Part shown: piece by piece, positions 13,611 through 24,471 of the stretch
How the letters are laid out: every line of letters starts with the position of its first letter
Numbering within the stretch: the first letter of the stretch is position 1
Source of the DNA: Candidatus Eiseniibacteriota bacterium
Lineage (GTDB): Bacteria > Eisenbacteria > RBG-16-71-46 > DASYSL01
Assembly (NCBI GenBank): GCA_031431875.1
Contig: JANPEF010000082.1
Coordinates: 16,994-80,993, forward strand
Length of the DNA: 64,000 nt
Reading direction: 5' to 3'
The notes under the pieces: model-generated
Seen by the model: the letters and a program-made list of their open reading frames with translations, nothing else
Databases searched by the model: none
Told to the model about the DNA's origin: nothing
Program-made: the position numbers and the translations under genes

Positions 13611-13952
13611 ATGTTCCGTTCCGTTCTCGCCGCCCTGCTCGTCGCGACGCCCGCGGCGGCGCAGACGCCCGGCGCCGGCTCGCCGATCGCCGCCTACCTG
13701 CCCTTCCTGCAGATCGGGCTCATCTTCGTGATCATGTACTTCCTCCTGATCCGTCCGCAGCAGAAGCGCCAGCAGGCGCTGGCTGCGCTGCAGGGCGGGC
13801 TCAAGAAGGGTGATCGGGTGGTCACGCAGTCCGGGATCATCGGCACCATCGCCGGCGTCGGCGACACGACGACGACGCTGCTGGTCGACAAGGACGTGAA
13901 GATCGAGTTCCAGCGCTCGGCGATCATCGGCCTCGTCGGCGACAAGAGCTAG
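13611..13952 (+). CDS. yajC: Preprotein translocase subunit YajC
   Basis: YFLLIRPQQKRQ, LKKGDRVVTQSGIIG; AGGAG RBS; follows tgt. Confidence 0.95.
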   Translation: MFRSVLAALLVATPAAAQTPGAGSPIAAYLPFLQIGLIFVIMYFLLIRPQQKRQQALAALQGGLKKGDRVVTQSGIIGTIAGVGDTTTTLLVDKDVKIEFQRSAIIGLVGDKS

Positions 13953-13962
13953 GCCCGCCGCG

Positions 13963-14508
13963 ATGCCTGTCCTCCCGCTGCGCATCTACGGCGATCCCGT
14001 CCTCCGGGCCAAGGCCAAGCCCTTGCTCGAGGTCACCGACGCGACGAGGCCGTTCGTGCTCGACATGTTCGACACCATGCTCGCCGAGGATGGTGTCGGC
14101 CTCGCCGCGCCGCAGGTCGGCGCGTCGCAGCGCCTGCTCGTGCTCGCCGTGCCGGTCAAGCGACACAAGCGGATCGACATGACGTTGATCAATCCCGAGA
14201 TCGTGCGGGCCGAGGGCTGGGAGGTCGGAGAAGAGGGCTGTCTCTCCGTCCCCGGGGTGTACGACGAGGTGAAGCGCGCGTCCTCGATCGCGGTCAAGGC
14301 GCTCGACGAATCCGGGAAGCCGGTCGAGTTCGACGCCGATGGATTCCTGGCGCGGGCGATCCAGCACGAACTCGATCACCTGAACGGCGTGCTGTTCGTC
14401 GACCGCCTCGGGATGCTGCAGAAGCGGATGCATCGCAACGAGCTCAAGGCGCTCGAAGAGGGGCGTACGCCGCAGGGCGGAGGCAAGCACGAGGGTCCGG
14501 CCCTGTAG
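13963..14508 (+). CDS. def: Peptide deformylase
   Basis: GVGLAAPQVG, EGCLSVP, QHELDHLNG. Confidence 0.97.
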   Translation: MPVLPLRIYGDPVLRAKAKPLLEVTDATRPFVLDMFDTMLAEDGVGLAAPQVGASQRLLVLAVPVKRHKRIDMTLINPEIVRAEGWEVGEEGCLSVPGVYDEVKRASSIAVKALDESGKPVEFDADGFLARAIQHELDHLNGVLFVDRLGMLQKRMHRNELKALEEGRTPQGGGKHEGPAL

Positions 14509-14526
14509 GGCCGCGCTCCCGCCGCC

Positions 14527-15504
14527 GTGCGTATCGTCTTTCTCGGAACACCCGAGTTCGCCGTGCCGTCGCTCGAGGCTCTCGCCGCGCGCTTCGACGT
14601 GGCGCTGGTCGTGGCGCAGCCGGATCGTCCGCGTGGTCGCGGACGCGAGATCGCCCCGCCGCCGGTCAAGGCGCGCGCATTCGAGCTGGGGCTGCCGGTG
14701 CTGCAAGTCGAGAAACCGAACCGCCCCGGCGTCGTCGCTGCGCTCACGGCCGTGCATGCCGACCTGTTCGTGGTGGTCGCCTACGGCGCGCTCCTCTCGC
14801 CTGTGCTCCTTGCGGCGCCGCGCCTTGGTTGCATCAACCTGCATGCGTCGTTGCTACCAGCCTACCGTGGCGCCTCGCCCATCCAGGCGGCGATCCTCGA
14901 CGGGCGCACGACGACAGGGAACACGACGATGTGGATGGCCGAGGGGCTGGACACCGGTGACGTGATCCTGTCGCGCGAGATCGCGATCGGTCCCGACGAG
15001 ACCGCAGGCGAACTGTCGACGCGACTGGCGGTCGACGGCGCCGCGCTCCTCGTCGCGACGGTCGAGCAGATCGAAGCGGGGACCGCGCCGCGCACGCCGC
15101 AGGATGGGGCGGGTGTGACTCTGACGAAGAAGATCAGGAAGGACGACGGCGGGCTCGACTTCATGGCGCCGGCCGTCCGGGTTCACGACCGGGCACGGGC
15201 GATGACACCGTGGCCGGGAGCCCAAGCAGTCTACGAAGGCACGTCGCTCCGCTTCGAGCGGACGCGCGTGGCGCCTGGTGCCGCGGACGGCACGGGTGAG
15301 AAGGACGCCGCCCCGGGGACGATCCTCGGGCCGGGCCCGGAAGGCGGGCTCGTGGTTGCATGCGGCGAAGGATGGCTCGAAGTGCTGCGGGTCCGGCCCG
15401 CGGGCAAGAACGAGATGAACGCGCTCGATTGGTGGCGCGGACTTCGCACGGGGACAGGCTCCGCCCCGCGCTTCAGCACCCCGAGCCGTGAGGAACAGAG
15501 ATGA
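14527..15504 (+). CDS. fmt: Methionyl-tRNA formyltransferase
   Basis: RIVFLGTPEFA, QPDRPRGRG, NLHASLLPAYRGASPI, LDTGD. Confidence 0.96.
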   Translation: MRIVFLGTPEFAVPSLEALAARFDVALVVAQPDRPRGRGREIAPPPVKARAFELGLPVLQVEKPNRPGVVAALTAVHADLFVVVAYGALLSPVLLAAPRLGCINLHASLLPAYRGASPIQAAILDGRTTTGNTTMWMAEGLDTGDVILSREIAIGPDETAGELSTRLAVDGAALLVATVEQIEAGTAPRTPQDGAGVTLTKKIRKDDGGLDFMAPAVRVHDRARAMTPWPGAQAVYEGTSLRFERTRVAPGAADGTGEKDAAPGTILGPGPEGGLVVACGEGWLEVLRVRPAGKNEMNALDWWRGLRTGTGSAPRFSTPSREEQR

Positions 15505-18068
15505 TGAAGAAGTCGCGTGGACCCAAGGGACCGAGCGTGTTGCCCCGCTCCGCACAGGACAAGGAAGGCCGCCCGAAGCGCGGTCCGGCACCGCGCAGTG
15601 GTGGGGGCCGTGATGACGCGCGCCCGGCGCGTCCGGCGTCGAAGTTCACGCGCGACGGTGCGCGTCCGGCGCGTCCTTCGGGCCCGCGGCGGGATGACGC
15701 GCGTCCGGCACGTCCCGCGGGGCCACGCCGCGATGACACGCGCCCGGCCCGCCCGTCCGGCCCGCGCCGTGACGATGCACGTCCGGCGCGTCCCGCGGGC
15801 CCTCGTCGCGAGGGCGAGCGTTCGTACTCGCCGCGCACCACCCGCGATGACGTTCGCCCGGGCCGTCCGGCGCCGAAGTTCACCCGCGATTCCGCGCGCC
15901 CGGCGCGTCCGTCCGCCCCGCGCCGCGACGATGCACGTCCGGCACGTCCGTCGGGCCCGCGCCGCGAAGGCGAGCGTTCGTACTCGCCGCGCCCGCGTCG
16001 CGATGACGCCGCACCGGCGCGTCCGACCTCGCGTTACCAGCGCGACGACGCGCGCCCAGCCCGGCCGCGCCCCGATGGCGACAAGCCGTACCGCCCGCGC
16101 GCGACCGGCGATGCCGCCCGCCCGGCCCGTGCGGCCTCGAAGTTCACGCGCGATGCCGCCCGTCCGGCCCGTCCCGCCGGCCCGCGTCGCGAAGGCGATC
16201 GTCCGTACACGGCAAAGCCGCGTGGCGCGGGTGATCGTCCGTACACGGCAAAGCCACGGCGTGATGCCGGAGACCGCCCGGCGCGTCCCGGCGGCGCCCG
16301 GCCGTTCGCCAGTGCCCGCCCGGGAGCTGGAGCCCGCCCTGGAGCTGGCGCCCGTCCGGGAGCTGGCGCCCGTCCGGGAGCTGGAGCTCGTCCGGGAGCT
16401 GGAGCTCGTCCGGGAGCTGGCGCCCGTCCGGGAGCTGGAGCTCGTCCGGGAGGCGCGCGTTCGTTCGCCGGTGCCCGTCCGGAGCGTCCCGGCGCGCCTC
16501 GTGCCGCTGCCGGCCGCGGCTATCGTCCGCGGGACGAGTTCGACAACCCGCGCGAGGGGCGCCGCTTCGCCCGTCCGCAGCGCTTCGACGCGAAGACCGG
16601 CCTCGCCATCGCCGAGGACGCGCCGCGTCCGAAGAGGGAGAAGCCGGGCCAGGCCGGCGGCGCGCCGAGTGCGGCCACGCCGAAGCGCGGCCCGAACGTC
16701 CGCGACCTCGCGTTGCAGGTCCTCTTCCAGGTGCAGGTCAAGCGCGCCTTTGCCGAGCGCATCATCGAGGACCTGGCGGAGCAGATGAAGCTCGACCGGC
16801 GCGACCGCGGCTTCATGAACGAACTGGTCAAGGGCACGCTGCGCCAGCGCGCGACGCTCGACTGGCAGCTCAATCGCTTCATGCACGTCGGCCTCAACTC
16901 GACGCCGGCGTGGATCCAGAACGCGCTTCGTCTGGGCGCCTACCAGCTGATCCACCTCGATCGGATCCCGCCCCGCGCGGCGGTCGACGAGACGGTCAAG
17001 CTGGCGCTCAAGTACGGGCACCCCGGCACCGCGGGTCTCGCCAACAGCGTGCTGCGGCGCATCGCCGAGGCGGTGAGCGTGGGTGATCTCGCGCTTCCGG
17101 CGCCGACCAAGGACGACGGGACGCCGGACTACGACGCGCTGGTCGCGATCACGTCGCATCCGCGCTGGTTGCTCGAGCGCTGGGTGCCGCGCTACGGCGT
17201 CGACGGGACGATCGCGCTGTGCGAAGCGAACAACCGTCACGCGCACCTGGGCCTGCGCGCCAATCGCCTGCGGCTCGACCGCAAGGAGCTGCTCAAGCGC
17301 CTGGAAGAAGCGGGTCTCAAGGGCACGCCGGGCAAGTACTGCGATCACACCGTGTGGGTCGAGGCCGACGCGGACTTCGCCGACTTCCCGAGTTATGCGC
17401 GCGGTGACTGCACCGTGCAGGACGAGAGCGAAACGCTGGTCAGCCTGCTCGCTGCGCCGAAGTCCGGCGAGCGCATACTCGACCTGTGCGCCGCGCCCGG
17501 CGGCAAGAGCACCCACCTGGCCGAGCTGATGGGCGACACGGGCGAGATCGTGGCGGTCGAGAAGATGGCTCCGCGGGCCCGCACCATGAGCAAGCAGATC
17601 CTGCGGCTGGGCCTCAAGTCGGTGAAGGTCGAGGTGGCCGACGGCACGTCGGCGAACCTGCTGCTGCTCGGCGCGGGCGGGATGTACGACCGCGCCGTCG
17701 TCGACGCGCCGTGCTCGGGCCTGGGCGTGCTCGCCCGGCGGGCCGATGCGCGCTGGCGCAAGCAGTCGTCGCTGTTCGAGGAGATGACCGCAGTGCAGTC
17801 GGCGCTGCTGCGCGCCGCCGCCGAGGTGGTCAAGCCGGGCGGCGTCATCGTCTACAGCGTGTGCTCGTTCGAGCCCGAGGAGACCGACGAGATCATCGCC
17901 TCGTTCCTCGCGGGCAACCCCGAGTGGCGCAAGGATCACGCCGCGGCGTTCCTGCCCAAGGAAACTGTGGAAGAGGGTGGCTCGATGCGCGTGTTGCCGC
18001 ACGTGCACGGGATCGACGGTGCGTTCGCCGCCCGACTCGTGCGTTCGTCGCGGCCGGACGGGGAGTGA
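15501..18068 (+). CDS. rsmB: 16S rRNA m5C967 methyltransferase RsmB with long low-complexity N-terminal extension
   Basis: NusB-like domain from ~16695, then VQDE, LDLCAAPGGKS, DAPCSGLG, YSVCS; ATGA overlap with fmt. Confidence 0.92.
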   Translation: MMKKSRGPKGPSVLPRSAQDKEGRPKRGPAPRSGGGRDDARPARPASKFTRDGARPARPSGPRRDDARPARPAGPRRDDTRPARPSGPRRDDARPARPAGPRREGERSYSPRTTRDDVRPGRPAPKFTRDSARPARPSAPRRDDARPARPSGPRREGERSYSPRPRRDDAAPARPTSRYQRDDARPARPRPDGDKPYRPRATGDAARPARAASKFTRDAARPARPAGPRREGDRPYTAKPRGAGDRPYTAKPRRDAGDRPARPGGARPFASARPGAGARPGAGARPGAGARPGAGARPGAGARPGAGARPGAGARPGGARSFAGARPERPGAPRAAAGRGYRPRDEFDNPREGRRFARPQRFDAKTGLAIAEDAPRPKREKPGQAGGAPSAATPKRGPNVRDLALQVLFQVQVKRAFAERIIEDLAEQMKLDRRDRGFMNELVKGTLRQRATLDWQLNRFMHVGLNSTPAWIQNALRLGAYQLIHLDRIPPRAAVDETVKLALKYGHPGTAGLANSVLRRIAEAVSVGDLALPAPTKDDGTPDYDALVAITSHPRWLLERWVPRYGVDGTIALCEANNRHAHLGLRANRLRLDRKELLKRLEEAGLKGTPGKYCDHTVWVEADADFADFPSYARGDCTVQDESETLVSLLAAPKSGERILDLCAAPGGKSTHLAELMGDTGEIVAVEKMAPRARTMSKQILRLGLKSVKVEVADGTSANLLLLGAGGMYDRAVVDAPCSGLGVLARRADARWRKQSSLFEEMTAVQSALLRAAAEVVKPGGVIVYSVCSFEPEETDEIIASFLAGNPEWRKDHAAAFLPKETVEEGGSMRVLPHVHGIDGAFAARLVRSSRPDGE
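15610..16290 (+). repeat. Degenerate coding repeats (DDARPARPSGPRR, REGERSYSPR, KFTRD, DRPYTAKPR)
   Basis: Recurring modules visible in DNA and translation of the rsmB N-terminus. Confidence 0.85.
16314..16451 (+). repeat. 18-bp tandem repeat, 7 full copies plus a partial, encoding (ARPGAG)n
   Basis: Unit GCY-CGY-CCK-GGA-GCT-GGM read directly. Confidence 0.95.
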
Positions 18069-18072
18069 TCGC

Positions 18073-18882
18073 GTGAGCGACGAGCCGCGGGAGATGACGC
18101 CGCCGGAACCGGAAACGGGTCCGGCGGTCGTCCCGCCGAAACGGCGGGGGCGTTTCGCTCGCTCGTTGCGCGCGTTCGTCGGCACGATCGTCGTCGCGGG
18201 CCTCGCCTTCATCACCGGGCTCCTGCTGTTCGATCGCGTCGTCATGCCGCGCTTCACCCGGCAGGCGGGCGACGTGATGGTGCCCGACCTGTCGAACCTG
18301 AACAAGCAGCAGGCCGAGTCGGTGCTGGCGCGCGGCGGATTGCAGCTCTCGGTCGCGGCCGAGCGCTTCGACGCTGCGGCGCCGCGCGGCTTCGTCATCG
18401 CGCAGGATCCCGAGCCCGGCCGCCCCGTGCGGGCGGGCCGTCGCGTGTCGGTGACGATCTCGCTGGGCGAGGAGTTCGCCAACGTGCCCGAGTTGTTCGG
18501 CGAATCGCTGCGCGGCGCGCGCCTGTTGCTCAGTCGAGCGGGGCTGCGCGCCGGTGCGATCGGTCGCGTGATCACGTCTGAAACCGGTCCGGGCCTCGTC
18601 GTCGCGGCCGAGCCGGCGTTCGGCGCGGTCGTCCCGCGTGGAACGACGGTCAACCTGCTCGTCTGCGTGTCGAACGAACCCGAGGCGTTCGTCATGCCCG
18701 ACCTGGTCGGCCGTGACGCACAGGCCGCGGAGCGTGACCTCGAGTCGCTCGGGTTTCGCGTCGACGTGAACGGGCCGGGTTCCAACTTCGCGCGCATCGA
18801 GTCGCAGAACCCGCCGCCGGGTGCCCGCGTGCTGCGCGGGCAGACGATCGTCCTGACCGTCGCCGGACGCCTCATCCAGTAG
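18073..18882 (+). CDS. Membrane-anchored PASTA-domain protein (3 PASTA repeats)
   Basis: One TM helix then VPDLSN, VPELFG, MPDLVG repeats with QDPEPG/QNPPPG; start may be GTG 18073 or ATG 18094. Confidence 0.88.
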   Translation: MSDEPREMTPPEPETGPAVVPPKRRGRFARSLRAFVGTIVVAGLAFITGLLLFDRVVMPRFTRQAGDVMVPDLSNLNKQQAESVLARGGLQLSVAAERFDAAAPRGFVIAQDPEPGRPVRAGRRVSVTISLGEEFANVPELFGESLRGARLLLSRAGLRAGAIGRVITSETGPGLVVAAEPAFGAVVPRGTTVNLLVCVSNEPEAFVMPDLVGRDAQAAERDLESLGFRVDVNGPGSNFARIESQNPPPGARVLRGQTIVLTVAGRLIQ

Positions 18883-18907
18883 TTCGACCGATCTCCGGGG
18901 GCCGCGC

Positions 18908-19732
18908 ATGCTCGTCTCGCCGTCGATCCTCTCCGCCGACTGGACCCGCCTCGACCACGCCGTGCGTCTCGCCGACGAGGGCGCCGACTGGCTGCACTGC
19001 GACGTGATGGACGGACACTTCGTGCCCAACCTCACGTTCGGTCCACCGATGGTGGCCGCCCTCCATCGCATGACGAAGCTGCCGCTCGACGTCCACCTGA
19101 TGATCGACCAGCCGCTGCGCTATGCGCGCGCGTTCGCCGACGCCGGCGCGGCCGTGCTCACCGTGCACGCCGAGGCGCCCGGCGTCGCCGGCCCCGGCTG
19201 GCCCGCGCCCGTGCGCTCGCATGGCGAGGGCGGGGCGGGGGACGATGCGGCGGGTCCACCCGCTGCAGCCGCCGCGCCGCTGGCCGGAGGGGCACACCCG
19301 ATCGACCTGCGCACGCTGCGCGCGACTCTCGAGGCCCTGCGCGCGCTCGGCGTGAAGCCCGGCCTCGCGCTCCGGCCCGACACCGGCATCGACGAGATCG
19401 AGTCCGTGCTCGACGTCGTCGACGTGCTGCTGGTCATGACCGTGTACCCGGGATTCAGCGGGCAGTCGTTCCTGCCCGCGCCGCTCGAGACCATTCGCCG
19501 CGCCGTCGGCGTGCGCCGCGCGCGCGGGCTGTCGTACCTGATCGAGGTCGATGGCGGCGTCGCGATCGAGGACACGGGCCCGCGCGTCGCCGCCGCCGGC
19601 GCCGACGTCGTGGTCGCCGGGCACGGCGTGTACCGGCAAGTCGATCCGGTCGCGGCGATGCGCGCCCTGCGCGCGCTCGAGGCGGGGGCGTATGCGCCGG
19701 GCGGCGATGCCGACGGGGGAGACGCCGCATGA
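18908..19732 (+). CDS. rpe: Ribulose-phosphate 3-epimerase with internal insertion
   Basis: SPSILSAD, HCDVMDGHFVPNLTFG, DVHLM, MTVYPGFSGQ, EVDGG. Confidence 0.95.
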   Translation: MLVSPSILSADWTRLDHAVRLADEGADWLHCDVMDGHFVPNLTFGPPMVAALHRMTKLPLDVHLMIDQPLRYARAFADAGAAVLTVHAEAPGVAGPGWPAPVRSHGEGGAGDDAAGPPAAAAAPLAGGAHPIDLRTLRATLEALRALGVKPGLALRPDTGIDEIESVLDVVDVLLVMTVYPGFSGQSFLPAPLETIRRAVGVRRARGLSYLIEVDGGVAIEDTGPRVAAAGADVVVAGHGVYRQVDPVAAMRALRALEAGAYAPGGDADGGDAA

Positions 19733-20406
19733 GCGCCGGAGCCGGATCCGCCGAGCACGACGCGGTCGAGCCCGGCCGTGTCCCGGCCACGCGGCCCGCG
19801 AACTTCGGCCCGCCCGACGCCCTGCGCACGATCGTCACGAGCCCGCGCGCGACGGTGCGCTGGCTGCTCGATCACGGAGACGGGGGGTTGTGGGCGTACC
19901 TGCTCGTCGGGACGCTCGCATTCCTCACCGCGACGATCACGGCCGCGATGGAGTCGAGCCTCACGCTGGACCACCTGTATCTCATGGCACCCGGACTCGT
20001 CTTTCGCGTGGTACCCGTCTGCGCGCTCCTCCTCCTGATCTTTCTCGGTGGCACGTTGCTCGCCGGCCGGATCCTGGGTGGGGCGGCGCGGGGGAAAGAC
20101 TCGATCCTCGCGATCGCCTGGGGCCTCATCCCGCTCGTCGCGGTCCTCCCGTTCGCGATCGCGCGGGCGCTTTTCGAATCCTCGCTACCGGGGCCGCTTG
20201 CCTCGGCCCTGGACTGTGTTGCAGTCGCGGCATCGCTGGCGGCGGCGGGGTTGACCGTTCCCACATTCGCCGAAGGCGAGCGCTTCTCCTCGAGGCGAAG
20301 CGTCGTCGCCCTCATGCTCGGGGTCACGATCGCCTGCGCGGTCCACGTGGTGACCGGGCTTCCCAGCGTGTACTTTCAATACCTCATCAGCGGCCGCGTG
20401 GGCTGA
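19729..20406 (+). CDS. Integral membrane protein, possibly Yip1-like
   Basis: About 5 hydrophobic segments; IVTSPRAT motif; ATGA overlap with rpe. Confidence 0.6.
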   Translation: MSAGAGSAEHDAVEPGRVPATRPANFGPPDALRTIVTSPRATVRWLLDHGDGGLWAYLLVGTLAFLTATITAAMESSLTLDHLYLMAPGLVFRVVPVCALLLLIFLGGTLLAGRILGGAARGKDSILAIAWGLIPLVAVLPFAIARALFESSLPGPLASALDCVAVAASLAAAGLTVPTFAEGERFSSRRSVVALMLGVTIACAVHVVTGLPSVYFQYLISGRVG

Positions 20407-20414
20407 GTCGCGAC

Positions 20415-21188
20415 GTGACTGCATCGCCACTCGCCCGCCTCGAATCCCGCGTCGTCGCCTGCCGCGCCTGTCCGCGCCTGGTCGCCTGGCGCGAGGAAAC
20501 CGCGCGCGTGAAGCGCCGCGCGTACCGAGACGAGACGTACTGGGGCCGGCCTGTCCCCGCGTTCGGTGACGTCGACGCGCAACTGCTGCTCGTGGGCCTC
20601 GCTCCCGCTGCGCACGGCGGCAACCGCACCGGGCGCATGTTCACCGGCGACTCCTCGGGAGACTGGCTGTACGACGCGCTGCATGCGCACGGGTTCGCCA
20701 GCCAGGCGACCTCGACCAGTCGCGACGACGGCCTCAGTCTCACAGACACGTTCATCACCGCCGCCGCCCGCTGCGCGCCGCCCGACAACAAGCCGACGCC
20801 CGACGAGTTCGCGGCCTGCCGCCCGTTCCTCGTGGCCGAACTGGGGCTGCTGGGCGAAGTTCGCGTCGTCGTCGCGCTCGGCGCTCTGGCGTGGGAGCAC
20901 GCGCTGCGCGCGTATGAGGAGCGTGGCGGACACGTGAAAACGCCGCGCCCGAAGCATGGGCACGGCGTCGAGATCGCTCTGGATGGAATCGCCGGGGACA
21001 CCTTTGCCGGCGGGCGGGCGATCACGCTGCTCGGCTCCTACCACCCGAGCCGGCAGAACACGCAAACCGGCCGCCTGACGCGGCCGATGCTCTACGCCGT
21101 CTTCGCCCGCGCGCGCGACCTGCTGCCCGACTCGTCGGCCCGCGCGGCGGCCATGAAGGCGCGCACACGCTCGACGTCGACCGGCTGA
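20415..21188 (+). CDS. Uracil-DNA glycosylase, family 5 (UdgB-like, Fe-S)
   Basis: CRACPRL, GLAPAAHGGNRTGRMFTGD, RCAPPDNKP, SYHPSRQN. Confidence 0.92.
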   Translation: MTASPLARLESRVVACRACPRLVAWREETARVKRRAYRDETYWGRPVPAFGDVDAQLLLVGLAPAAHGGNRTGRMFTGDSSGDWLYDALHAHGFASQATSTSRDDGLSLTDTFITAAARCAPPDNKPTPDEFAACRPFLVAELGLLGEVRVVVALGALAWEHALRAYEERGGHVKTPRPKHGHGVEIALDGIAGDTFAGGRAITLLGSYHPSRQNTQTGRLTRPMLYAVFARARDLLPDSSARAAAMKARTRSTSTG

Positions 21189-21955
21189 TCGAGCTTCCCG
21201 TCGCGCTTGAACCACGTGCCGACGATCGCGCCGTGCGCCACGTCGAGCGTGGCGCGGATGGTCGCATCGTTCACGCCCGAGCCCACCAGCACCGGCGCCT
21301 CGGGGACCGCGCGCCGCACCGCGGCGACGTCGCCCAGCGCGGCGGCCTTGCCCGTGCCCGCGCCGGTGACGATCAGGGCATCGGCAAGCCCGCGGCGGAA
21401 CGTGTCCTCGGCCATCTGCGGCAAGAGCGTCTCGCGGTCGCCCGCCAGCGGCTGCGCATGCTTGACCAGCACGTCGGCGAGGATGGCGATGCGCGTCGCG
21501 CCCAGGCGGCGGCGCTCGGCCAGCGTCTCGGCGGCGCGGCCGGTGAGCACGCCCTGATCGGTGAGCATCGCGCCGGCATGCACGTTGACGCGGATGAAGT
21601 CACAGTCGGCCGCCGCCGCGATCGACAGCGCGGCGAGCGCGTCGTTGCGCAGCACGTTGACGCCCAGCGGCACCTTGACCACGCGGCGCAGCTCGCGCGC
21701 GATCGCGGCCATCGCCGCGACCGTTGCCGGCGGCACGTGATCGCCGTGGAACGGCGCGTCGCCGAAGTTCTCGACGATGATCGCGTCGATGCCGCCAGCC
21801 TCCAGCGCCCTGGCGTCGAACAGCGCGCCTTCGAGCGCGGCGCGCATCGCATCGGCGGCACGTTCGGGGGCGCGGGCGGAGCCGGGCAGGGGCGGCAGGT
21901 GGACGACGCCGATCAGCGGACGGCGTTTCCAGTCGAGTGCGGACGGTGACGGCAT
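21092..21955 (-). CDS. BtpA/SgcQ family TIM-barrel protein
   Basis: GVVHLPPLPGS, VENFGDAPF, GVNVLRND, ADVLVKHA, VTGAGTG, VGSGV; GGAGG before ATG 21955. Confidence 0.92.
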   Translation of the reverse strand: MPSPSALDWKRRPLIGVVHLPPLPGSARAPERAADAMRAALEGALFDARALEAGGIDAIIVENFGDAPFHGDHVPPATVAAMAAIARELRRVVKVPLGVNVLRNDALAALSIAAAADCDFIRVNVHAGAMLTDQGVLTGRAAETLAERRRLGATRIAILADVLVKHAQPLAGDRETLLPQMAEDTFRRGLADALIVTGAGTGKAAALGDVAAVRRAVPEAPVLVGSGVNDATIRATLDVAHGAIVGTWFKRDGKLDQPVDVERVRAFMAAARADESGSRSRARAKTA

Positions 21956-21988
21956 GGTTCCTCCTCCAGTCATCAACGGGGCGTCAAG

Positions 21989-22312
21989 TCAACGGGCTCG
22001 ATAGCGGGAGTCGACCGACCACTTGAGCACGGTTCGCCAGTGAGTCTCGCGGAGGCGCTCGGGCATCGCCGGGAGGCCCGCGGCGATCAAACGGCTCTCC
22101 AGATCATGCACGTGGATTCGCGCCGCGACCCGTGGTGACGATGGGAAGTCGTGACGCCGTGTCCGCCCGGCGATCCTCGCCTTCAGCGCACACTCCAGCG
22201 CATACCCCGCAAGGTCGTACGCCCCCGACCACTGCCCGGACCGGAACAGCAACTTGGACTCACGCAGGCGTTGTCGCGAGAGTCTCTGCAGGGCTCGTCG
22301 ATTGAGCTGCAT
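21989..22312 (-). CDS. HEPN-domain-like protein, possibly C-terminally truncated
   Basis: AYDLAGYALECALKA helix, HDL, W...W...RY pattern; only 107 aa. Confidence 0.6.
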   Translation of the reverse strand: MQLNRRALQRLSRQRLRESKLLFRSGQWSGAYDLAGYALECALKARIAGRTRRHDFPSSPRVAARIHVHDLESRLIAAGLPAMPERLRETHWRTVLKWSVDSRYRAR

Positions 22313-22551
22313 CGGGCTCGACCGCTCCACGGGGGCGGATTCTGCGGGGGCGGGATCACTCGGGCGCAGTCTACCATGGCCGCTGCCGCGCCCGCCCCGG
22401 CCGGATGCCGCCTTGTCCGGACCCGCCCCCCGTGATAGTCTGCGCACCGTCCATCCGGTCGCCGTCCGGAGCCCTTCGCGGCCCCGGTCGGCGTTCGTTT
22501 CTCCGCTCCGAATCCGTCTGAATCGTCGTTTCCGCGAAAGGCCGTCCCCGC

Positions 22552-23907
<1,356 letters not shown>

Positions 23908-23973
23908 GCCGCACGCGAACCCCTATCGTTGCGGGCCGTGTCGCGCCCGCGTTTCCCTGGAGGCAACACCGTC

Positions 23974-24390
23974 ATGGCCGTCGTCATTCGTCTGCGCCGC
24001 ATGGGCGCCAAGAAGGATCCCAAGTTCCGCATCGTCGTCGCCGAGTCGAAGTCGCCCCGTGACGGGCGCTGCGTCGACGAGATCGGTCACTACAATCCGC
24101 AGCCCAAGGAAGCCGAGCTCAAGGTCGACGTCGAGCGCGCCACGTACTGGCTGTCGGTCGGCGCGACGCCTTCGGACCAGGTGAAGTCGCTGTTCAAGAA
24201 GGCGGGCGTCAAGCTGCCCGTTCGTGCCACCGCCAAGAAGGTGAAGAAGGCGGCTCCCGCCGCGGATGCGAAGAAGGCGAAGAAGGGTCCGCCCAAGCGC
24301 GTCGTCGCCAAGAAGGCGCGCGCCGCCGCCAAGGCCGCCGCGCCGAAGAAGGCCGCGAAGAAGGCGACGAAGAAGGACGCCAAGAAGTAG
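23974..24390 (+). CDS. rpsP: 30S ribosomal protein S16 with Lys/Ala-rich tail
   Basis: [42 protein letters not shown]. Confidence 0.97.
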   Translation: MAVVIRLRRMGAKKDPKFRIVVAESKSPRDGRCVDEIGHYNPQPKEAELKVDVERATYWLSVGATPSDQVKSLFKKAGVKLPVRATAKKVKKAAPAADAKKAKKGPPKRVVAKKARAAAKAAAPKKAAKKATKKDAKK

Positions 24391-24471
24391 CGTTACACGC
24401 GCCGCGCGGGGCGGCCGCGCTTTCCCCGGCGTTCCTCGCGCGCGAGGGACGCCGTTCGCCCTGGAGGGTTC

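Noticed and set aside
16314..16451. Tandem repeat as CRISPR or non-coding element
   Set aside because: No spacers; the unit is a multiple of three with synonymous variation inside a CDS
15231..18875. 1214-aa minus-strand ORF with RTSSSS/RTGASS repeats
   Set aside because: Mirror of the rsmB repeats and the PASTA gene; the plus frame carries the conserved motifs
21955..21991. HEPN-like ORF and btpA are in frame across a single TGA, suggesting a second read-through
   Set aside because: No Cys/Sec-type context, btpA has its own GGAGG RBS, and in-frame adjacency occurs one time in three by chance
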